Positions 24,534-31,328 of a stretch of 31,328 nucleotides of DNA are shown here, in pieces. The stretch spans positions 1 through 31,328 of IMG/VR virus record IMGVR_UViG_3300046314_000310. One strand, written 5' to 3'. Made by a program: the position numbers and the translations under genes. Position 1 is the stretch's first letter. The number at the start of each line of letters is the position of its first letter. The notes beneath the pieces were generated by a model. The model did not search any database, had not been told where the DNA came from, and saw nothing but the letters and a program-made list of their open reading frames with translations. This DNA comes from a virus (taxonomy: Duplodnaviria > Caudoviricetes).

Positions 24534-27152
24534 ATGACTGCCTACACGATTAACTCCGGTTCGCTAACATACTTTGATGCACAGGCAGCACCTAGCGTCA
24601 ATGCTACGTTAGATACCTACGCTATCAGTAATAATACTACCTTTGTAGTTCGTACTGACACGTATGCTTGTGCAAATCACAGTATTGCAGGTGGTTCACT
24701 TGATACAGTTTCTTTTTCCGGCACAGGCGGTACACTAAGTTTTGACTCTACCTATGTCAGAGTAGTGGCGTATACAGGCGGTTCGGGTAACTCTCCTGCT
24801 TACGGCGCGGCTATCTCTCAGGGTGGTGTGTCGGGTGTGTTCTTGGGCTGCTGGACTAACTGGCAGTCTGACCCCATCGTGGCTGGTGCGGCCATTGGCG
24901 CTACTGGCTTCATGAAGATTGGCGGCACAACAGGCGGGGAGTGGGCTGCGGGTGCTATCACTGGCATTGCGCTTACTTGCTCCGGCCCATCAGTGCAGGG
25001 TTGGATTGAGGTCAAGTCACCGGACACCGCCACCATCACCATGTCCAACATTGCCAAGGTCGAATCGACTGAAGCATGGTTTGAGCTGGGTACCACCAAC
25101 GGAGCACGGGCGCAAATCATCCCTTGCCCTACCACTGCCACGGTGGCGGGTGTGTGGGCTGGTGTGTGGATTGAGACTGCTGCTGGCTCTGGCGTTTATG
25201 AGAAATACGTCGGCGTGGGTAGCACGGTGGCAGTAGCAGCTTTAGCTACTGACACCCGTGCTAAGTACATCTGGCAGACCACAGCAGGTATCCGTATCGG
25301 TAGTGATGGGACTAACAACGTAGGTTTCTTGCCACCTACAGGCTGCAAAGTTCGCATACCTGCGACTATCCTGACCAACTGCACGCGAAGTGCGTCCGGC
25401 TCCGGCCCACGGGTGCTGCCCAACGCAACCATCGCTACTCGGCAGGAGTTCATCACTACCAACGCTGGTACGGTTGACCTGAAGACTTGTGTGATTCAGT
25501 GGTATCTAAACATGACGCAGGCATTCCTTGTCAAGTACAAGTCCTGCACTATCAATGACTCCATCATCCTGTCTGAGATTGCCTCGCCTCTGGATGTGGA
25601 TGATTGCATCGTGGCCCCCACGCAGGCACAGGTGCAGAACTATCTGGTTATCACCTCCTGCTTTGGTGGTGGCTCCATCAAAAACAGCACCTTTGCCCGT
25701 TTCTCGCTGGCCAACAATGCCACGGCAGGGCAAGTGAGCTACGCCACGGGCGTGACTTTTGAGAACAACATTTTTCGCTGCTTGCTCACGCGGGGCACGG
25801 TCACATCCTCACTGTTCTTTACCAAGACGGTAGGCTGTATTTTCAAGAACAACTGGATCATTGGTGGTGGGCGCTTTTTGCATAACCAGTGCATCAGCCC
25901 AAGCTACACCACAGGCTTTAGATACTCTGACCATGCGCTGACAACCGCAACCAACACTACAGCGCCTACGCAGCTTATCTCATTTGGTGCAGGCGTGTCT
26001 AACGTAGTATTTGATGGTACAACTTGCCCTGTCAGCTTCCCATCAGGAGCGCATCAGCCGAACGGCGCACTGTTCGATGTGAACAACTGTCTAGGTATTG
26101 AGATACGCAATATTGGTACTAAGGCATCACCGCTTAACTGCGTTCCTTCAGGCTCAGCTACTGTCTGGGGTGTGACAGGTACAGGCAACTCAGCCACTGT
26201 GCGCCTCAAGCGCAGCTACATGACAGGTCTTTCCTCCGGTCCATTCACATCCATCAACTCCGACTCTGATTGGGTAGTTGAGAACTTTAACGTCACAGGT
26301 TACGGAGGTACAGGGGTCAATGCTGGTTTAAATACTACGGTTAAAGGCAGTAGATACATTGGTATAACCACAGGCCAAACGTCTGTGTACGGATCACATT
26401 GGCGTGACGTATTTACTGCTGCAACTACTGGTTCTATCTGGCTGGCTATGAATCAGCCTACGGCGGCATCAGCGGCTCAGTGTGCGGTAACTGGCGGTAC
26501 ACCTCAGTTTTCGTCTACAGGAAACCTGCTGCTGACAAAAGCGGGCGACCAAGTGACGTTTGAGATGCCGTACTACTGCAAGGGCCACACGGCATTTGCA
26601 GTGACTGCACTTGGCATGACTGGTACTAACGTCACGTTTACCAGTGGATCGACCTACGGTAACCACACGCTGGAGTTTCAGATTGACCTGAACAACGGCG
26701 CTGGCTACAACGGCGCTTGGCAGCCGCTTAACCCGACCACGCTTCGCACGTTTACCCTGTCTGCATCTCTAGGGTTCAAGCTTAAGATTAGAGCTACAAC
26801 ACTTACTGTCAATGCTGGTAACATCTTAACGAATATACGTATATTCACTGAGTCTACTGATGCAGCACAAGACAACGTGTACCCAATCGCTGTTGCCCCC
26901 ATACTGGTGACGGGACTTGTTACAGGTTCACAAGTAAAAATTACCAGACTTGATAATGCTGCTATTTTGTTCAATGGTGCAGAGTCTGGTGGTGTGGTTA
27001 ACTTTGCAACTAATGAGTACACTGGTGAAGTGGTCATTACTGCTCGTAAGGGTACAGGCACACCAACATATTTTGAGTGGGTGACACAACTTACCCCCAT
27101 TTCTGGTTCAACAACTAGTGCCACTGCTTTGCAGGCACGCGACGATCAATAG
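24534..27152 (+). CDS. large fibre/spike-like protein with probable beta-helix region
   Basis: 872 aa rich in Gly/Thr/Ser/Asn; repeating V.FENN.F / C.FKNN.I beta-helix-like rungs. Confidence 0.7.
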   Translation: MTAYTINSGSLTYFDAQAAPSVNATLDTYAISNNTTFVVRTDTYACANHSIAGGSLDTVSFSGTGGTLSFDSTYVRVVAYTGGSGNSPAYGAAISQGGVSGVFLGCWTNWQSDPIVAGAAIGATGFMKIGGTTGGEWAAGAITGIALTCSGPSVQGWIEVKSPDTATITMSNIAKVESTEAWFELGTTNGARAQIIPCPTTATVAGVWAGVWIETAAGSGVYEKYVGVGSTVAVAALATDTRAKYIWQTTAGIRIGSDGTNNVGFLPPTGCKVRIPATILTNCTRSASGSGPRVLPNATIATRQEFITTNAGTVDLKTCVIQWYLNMTQAFLVKYKSCTINDSIILSEIASPLDVDDCIVAPTQAQVQNYLVITSCFGGGSIKNSTFARFSLANNATAGQVSYATGVTFENNIFRCLLTRGTVTSSLFFTKTVGCIFKNNWIIGGGRFLHNQCISPSYTTGFRYSDHALTTATNTTAPTQLISFGAGVSNVVFDGTTCPVSFPSGAHQPNGALFDVNNCLGIEIRNIGTKASPLNCVPSGSATVWGVTGTGNSATVRLKRSYMTGLSSGPFTSINSDSDWVVENFNVTGYGGTGVNAGLNTTVKGSRYIGITTGQTSVYGSHWRDVFTAATTGSIWLAMNQPTAASAAQCAVTGGTPQFSSTGNLLLTKAGDQVTFEMPYYCKGHTAFAVTALGMTGTNVTFTSGSTYGNHTLEFQIDLNNGAGYNGAWQPLNPTTLRTFTLSASLGFKLKIRATTLTVNAGNILTNIRIFTESTDAAQDNVYPIAVAPILVTGLVTGSQVKITRLDNAAILFNGAESGGVVNFATNEYTGEVVITARKGTGTPTYFEWVTQLTPISGSTTSATALQARDDQ

Positions 27153-27161
27153 GAGTAAATC

Positions 27162-28604
27162 ATGGCAGCGATTAGCGCATCAGAGTTCAGTATCAGTGGT
27201 AGTGGGGATATTCGCACTGCCACAGCCCCACAGATTCACACAGTTTTAGAGCTGCATGAGTGGTTACAAGCAATGGCAGACGATGCCAACAGCTCAGGGG
27301 ATGACTCAGTCAGTATCTTGACTGCTAACCCTTCTAAGCTAGACGGTCCTCGCTCAGCCATTAAGCCTATGCTGTTAAACCTGTTGAGTACATTCAACAT
27401 TGATGCATCTGCGGCTCAGTACTTCAGATTCGGATCTATCAGTCAGAACTCTGGTGCTGACTTGTACACAGGTGTTAAGTCCATCGGCTCTCCTCTGGTT
27501 GCTGGTAGCCCTATGTACATTGTACAGAACGCTGCTAAGCTCTCTACATACTGGCCTACAGGCCACATCCAGATTCTAGTTAAAGCTATCACTGCCAGCA
27601 CACCTATCGACTCTGGTGACATTCGGGTTTACTCTCGTAAGTACGGGCAGACCTATGGTGACTTTTCTGCTAACCTGATAGCTGGTGGTGAGCAACCAGC
27701 CGCTATCTCAACTGCTACAACTGACTGGACACCTCTTAACCTTGCTGGTGCCTTGGCACTTAACACCAAGGTTACTATCACAACAGGTAGTGTTAATCAA
27801 AATACAGGTGATGGTAACGGAAGTAAGGAGTACAAGGGTACTATTACGCTTTCGGGTGGCTGCACTATTGCAGAAGCTGCTCAGTATTGCCAAGCTATTT
27901 GCGACGAAGCTAGTACAACAACCGTTGACGGTGTATTAGGCTGGAAGTTTCGATCACTAGGCGATGGCTCATTTGGCTACACACCTAATGGTGCTGCACC
28001 TTTTGGTACAGTGGCTGGTGGTAAGTGGTTCGTAGCACAAGGTTGGTATATCGCTGGAGCATTGGCTGGTGACTTGCAGAAGTACCAGATGATTTCTCAT
28101 GACGGTACGACTGTTGGTAATCCTGTTGTAGCTGGCATCTCTATCGGCGGCTTGACTGTTGGCGCTCGTGTCTTGGTTGGCCGTGATTCAGGCTCTGGTT
28201 TTGTTACCAATGAGTACACCACCAACGGTGCTACTACTTCAGGCGGCAACACAGTGATAATGGTTGAGGCTATCAAAAACGACACGCCTGATACTGGCTA
28301 CATACGGGTTAACGGTGTACCTTATGCATATACCTCTATCAATCGTGGAACTAAGACCTTTACAATTAGTGGTACATGGGGTCAGATTCACGCTACAGCA
28401 TCGCCAGCATGGTGCCCATTCATCGACAAGGTAGCAGCGTCTACCACTGAAACGTCTACTAGCTACACCTATGTTAGCGACTTTACTGCACGTTTGAAAG
28501 TACGGCTTGGTGCAGGTTCTGCATTGCAGCCTTTTGAAACCACGTTTGCTGCGGGTACAAGTGCTACCAACGGCACTAACGCAATCGCAACTAGCGATCT
28601 GTAA
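27162..28604 (+). CDS. virion structural protein (Gly/Thr-rich, beta)
   Basis: 480 aa, AGGAG RBS; HTVLELHEWLQ N-terminal motif. Confidence 0.7.
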   Translation: MAAISASEFSISGSGDIRTATAPQIHTVLELHEWLQAMADDANSSGDDSVSILTANPSKLDGPRSAIKPMLLNLLSTFNIDASAAQYFRFGSISQNSGADLYTGVKSIGSPLVAGSPMYIVQNAAKLSTYWPTGHIQILVKAITASTPIDSGDIRVYSRKYGQTYGDFSANLIAGGEQPAAISTATTDWTPLNLAGALALNTKVTITTGSVNQNTGDGNGSKEYKGTITLSGGCTIAEAAQYCQAICDEASTTTVDGVLGWKFRSLGDGSFGYTPNGAAPFGTVAGGKWFVAQGWYIAGALAGDLQKYQMISHDGTTVGNPVVAGISIGGLTVGARVLVGRDSGSGFVTNEYTTNGATTSGGNTVIMVEAIKNDTPDTGYIRVNGVPYAYTSINRGTKTFTISGTWGQIHATASPAWCPFIDKVAASTTETSTSYTYVSDFTARLKVRLGAGSALQPFETTFAAGTSATNGTNAIATSDL

Positions 28605-29200
28605 TGACTATCAGTATTGACTGGACTAACAAGCTGGTCTTGTCAACGGCCAGCATAACTGACATTGTTGCTTTCAAGGATACGTTACGTGGCTTTGAGG
28701 ATGACGATGTTGGTATGCTGTACGACCCTATCATTCAATACAAGCGAGTAGATTTGGGTGGTGGGGCATACTTCCATGATGTGCCATTCATCAACGGTTA
28801 TCAGTTGAAGTTTCCGAACCCCGGCAATTACACTGTGATTGGTAATATTGGTGCTACTATCGTACCTGTAGCAGGTGTGTTTGTAGATCGTACCAAGTCA
28901 GCAGCCTTTGCTACTGTTGCAGGTAGTGGTGCATCTGGACCTACTGCTAGCGAAATAGCTACAGCCGTTCGTGCAGAGTTAGCCTCAGAACTAGGGGCTA
29001 TAGCATCTATTGAGACTAAAGTTGACATAGCAACAGCAATCCTAAAGAACAAGACAGTCACTAACCCAACTACAGGGATCATGACAGTCTATGATGCAGA
29101 TGGTACTACACCATTGCTCACAGCACAGTTATACGAAACTGTCGATGGTTCCGTGCCTTATCGCGGTCAAGGTGCGGAGCGCAGAGAAGCCCTAGTATGA
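28604..29200 (+). CDS. virion structural protein
   Basis: 198 aa, TAATG-coupled; PTASEIATAVR and LKNKTVTNPTTG.MTVYD.DGTTPL motifs. Confidence 0.7.
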   Translation: MTISIDWTNKLVLSTASITDIVAFKDTLRGFEDDDVGMLYDPIIQYKRVDLGGGAYFHDVPFINGYQLKFPNPGNYTVIGNIGATIVPVAGVFVDRTKSAAFATVAGSGASGPTASEIATAVRAELASELGAIASIETKVDIATAILKNKTVTNPTTGIMTVYDADGTTPLLTAQLYETVDGSVPYRGQGAERREALV

Positions 29201-29622
29201 GCTTGGTTACTAGAGGCTTAGGTCTAGGCGGCATACTTGTTACAGCAGGTTTGGCGCTAACTATTGGGATAGTTGTAGTACCACCTACTACACCTATTCC
29301 TGATAGGTCATGGAACGTAGAGCTTGGGCCTAACAAGCGCAAAAACCTTGTAGACCACAAGGTCGAAGTCACAGTCACCATACCCGCAGTGCAGGGTAGA
29401 GGCCTACTTGCCGATATTGAAGCTAGAGGGGCTGCACTTGTAGGTATTTATATACAAGACCACAGTTCTAGTGTTGGCATCTTTAAACCTGCTGGTGCCG
29501 GTAAAGCTACTGTTATAGGTGTTAGCTCTTCTACGAAGTTAGGCCAGATATTGGCTTCTGGTGAACATGATATGGAAGACTCCGACCTTTTAGCGATGAT
29601 TCTGGCCTTACTGGACACCTGA
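29197..29622 (+). CDS. hypothetical protein (LVTRGLG N-terminus, acidic-hydrophobic C-terminus)
   Basis: 141 aa, ATGA-coupled. Confidence 0.65.
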   Translation: MSLVTRGLGLGGILVTAGLALTIGIVVVPPTTPIPDRSWNVELGPNKRKNLVDHKVEVTVTIPAVQGRGLLADIEARGAALVGIYIQDHSSSVGIFKPAGAGKATVIGVSSSTKLGQILASGEHDMEDSDLLAMILALLDT

Positions 29623-29777
29623 GGCTTCAGGCCCTAGCCACAGCACATTGTATAACCAAAAGTCGAAGACATACCAATGATGGGTAAGCCCGAGAACATT
29701 AGACTATACTTGCGATGATTTTGGCACTCCTAGAAGCGTGATCTTTGGTATAGTAGCCTGAACAGGAAACCCTTACA

Positions 29778-31259
29778 ATGACTACTAATCTCTGGCTAGG
29801 TTCTCAACACTCTTACGAAGCTGTGGTCGATGCCAAGGCTAATGCGCTATCTAAGTTCGGTGATAAGACAGACACCCCTATGCCTATGCTCCTGACAGTG
29901 CAGGGCAACGTAGGTATCATAGATATTCGTGGAAGCCTTGTTAATGGACATGCAGGCTTCATGAGCTATTTTGGTGTTACCGGATATGGTGACATTCGTG
30001 ATGCGCTCATTGCTGCTATCCAATCTCCAGATGTAAGCGCCATCTTATTGAACATAGATTCTGGTGGTGGTGCCGTAGCTGGTGTCCATGAGACAGCACA
30101 GCTTATAGCCCGTGTAGATAAGGTTAAGCCAGTCTACTCCTATAACGGTGGTACAGAAGCGTCTGCTGCGTTGTGGCTTGGTTCTTCCGCACGTACTAGC
30201 TATGCTGCAGAGACTGCACTTACAGGTAGCCTTGGTATCATCATGGTACACGCTGAACGCTCTAAGCAATTGGAGCAAGACGGTGTTAAGGTCACAGTCA
30301 TTCGCGCTGGTACTGAGAAAGCCTTGGCTAACTCGTATGAGCCACTGTCTAAAGAAGCTAAAGCTGGCCTTGAGTCTAAGGCTCAGGCTATGTACGACAT
30401 ATTCCTTGGACATGTGGCAGAGCGCAGAGGCATGAGCAATACTGTTGCTGATACTAAGTTTGGTCAAGGCAAAGAGTTTGTAGGTAAGCAGGCCGTAGAG
30501 GCAGGCTTAATAGACTACGTAGGTACACTTGAAGATGCCTTCACTAAGGCATCTGCTGCAGGCGCAAAGATAGCCTCTAAAACAGCCCCAAATAACCGAC
30601 CAACTATGGTCAAAGCTGCCACCACTACAGAATTATCTGCCAATTTGTCACAAGTTATAGGCGCTGGTCTGGAAGCGATGGCATCCATGGTAGATAATGC
30701 AGCAACTCCCGAAGGAAACTCTATGCCAAAACCCATGACTCAAGAACAGATCATCGCGCTAGCTGCTGGTGTTACACTTGATGCCTCTACTCATACTGTA
30801 GTAAAGACTGCTGAAGAATTGGAAGCAGAAGCTAAACCCTTGGAAGCTACTAACGCTGCTGCTGCCACTGGCGCAGCACCCGCAGAAGCTGCCAAGCCTA
30901 GCGATCTGACTACTTACCTTCAAGCTCAAGTCGAAAAGCTGCAGGTCGAGGTGACGGAATTTCGAGTGGCAGCAAAGGCTGCTCAGGACGCCTTAGCAGC
31001 GTCTACTTCCAATATGGAAGCCTTGGCTAACATCGCTCGGTCTAGCATTAAGACTATGACCGTAGCACTAGGCGGCAAAGCTGAAGCTGTAGATGTAATG
31101 TCTGCAGGTGATGTGGTGACCGAACATGCACGTATCGTGCCTCTGTTTAAAGATAAGTTCAAAGTGGGGGCGGTTGCGGCGACCAACACTTCTGAGGACA
31201 AGCCTGTAGTGAAAGCTACGGTGAATCCACTTTTTCTGTACGCCGCAAAATCTCTGTAA
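29778..31259 (+). CDS. S49 (SppA/lambda gpC-like) head maturation protease fused to scaffold
   Basis: ILLNIDSGGGAVAG, ASAALWLGS, TGSLGII, IRAGTEKA, FLGHVAERRG, AVEAGLID; AGGA RBS. Confidence 0.92.
   Translation: MTTNLWLGSQHSYEAVVDAKANALSKFGDKTDTPMPMLLTVQGNVGIIDIRGSLVNGHAGFMSYFGVTGYGDIRDALIAAIQSPDVSAILLNIDSGGGAVAGVHETAQLIARVDKVKPVYSYNGGTEASAALWLGSSARTSYAAETALTGSLGIIMVHAERSKQLEQDGVKVTVIRAGTEKALANSYEPLSKEAKAGLESKAQAMYDIFLGHVAERRGMSNTVADTKFGQGKEFVGKQAVEAGLIDYVGTLEDAFTKASAAGAKIASKTAPNNRPTMVKAATTTELSANLSQVIGAGLEAMASMVDNAATPEGNSMPKPMTQEQIIALAAGVTLDASTHTVVKTAEELEAEAKPLEATNAAAATGAAPAEAAKPSDLTTYLQAQVEKLQVEVTEFRVAAKAAQDALAASTSNMEALANIARSSIKTMTVALGGKAEAVDVMSAGDVVTEHARIVPLFKDKFKVGAVAATNTSEDKPVVKATVNPLFLYAAKSL
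30723..31259 (+). CDS. nested in-frame scaffolding protein (Nu3-like)
   Basis: In-frame ATG at 30723 preceded by GAAGGA; downstream 178 aa are Ala-rich coiled-coil. Confidence 0.65.
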   Translation: MPKPMTQEQIIALAAGVTLDASTHTVVKTAEELEAEAKPLEATNAAAATGAAPAEAAKPSDLTTYLQAQVEKLQVEVTEFRVAAKAAQDALAASTSNMEALANIARSSIKTMTVALGGKAEAVDVMSAGDVVTEHARIVPLFKDKFKVGAVAATNTSEDKPVVKATVNPLFLYAAKSL

Positions 31260-31280
31260 CTACTTGAAGGATTAAATATC

Positions 31281-31328
31281 ATGGCTCGTGATCACTTTAT
31301 TGCTCCTACCGCCCCTACCGAAGATGCT
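31281..31328 (+). CDS. start of the next head gene (decoration or capsid protein), truncated
   Basis: AAGGA RBS; MARDHFIAPTAPTEDA runs off the window; product by position only. Confidence 0.6.
   Translation, partial: MARDHFIAPTAPTEDA

Noticed and set aside
1-31328. Stop-codon recoding or suppressor tRNA
   Set aside because: Long genes are intact in code 11, and the TTTCTAA loop centres on TCT (Arg), not CTA

Overview
A 31-kb slice of a tailed dsDNA phage genome with two divergent arms. The left arm (1-19140, minus strand) holds about 45 tightly coupled early/accessory genes. These include an M28-type zinc peptidase next to a 698-aa unknown enzyme-like protein, a histone-H1-like protein, a 659-aa/130-aa gene pair, a metallophosphoesterase, a DUF1289 protein, a doubly frameshifted gene, and two tRNAs (CAT and TCT anticodons) that both encode CCACCA ends. 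The right arm (19931-end, plus strand) is a lambda-like packaging/head module: HTH protein, probable small terminase, GpA-type large terminase, portal, five inserted fibre/appendage-like genes, and an S49 protease with a nested scaffold start. The most striking signals are non-coding: about 13 DnaA boxes in about 315 bp between the arms, a ~950-bp ORF-free tract dense in stem-loops that ends in a perfect 36-bp palindrome, and a ~170-nt rod-shaped candidate RNA with a two-fold symmetric bubble directly downstream of a tRNA. All family assignments come from motifs read by eye; no searches were run.
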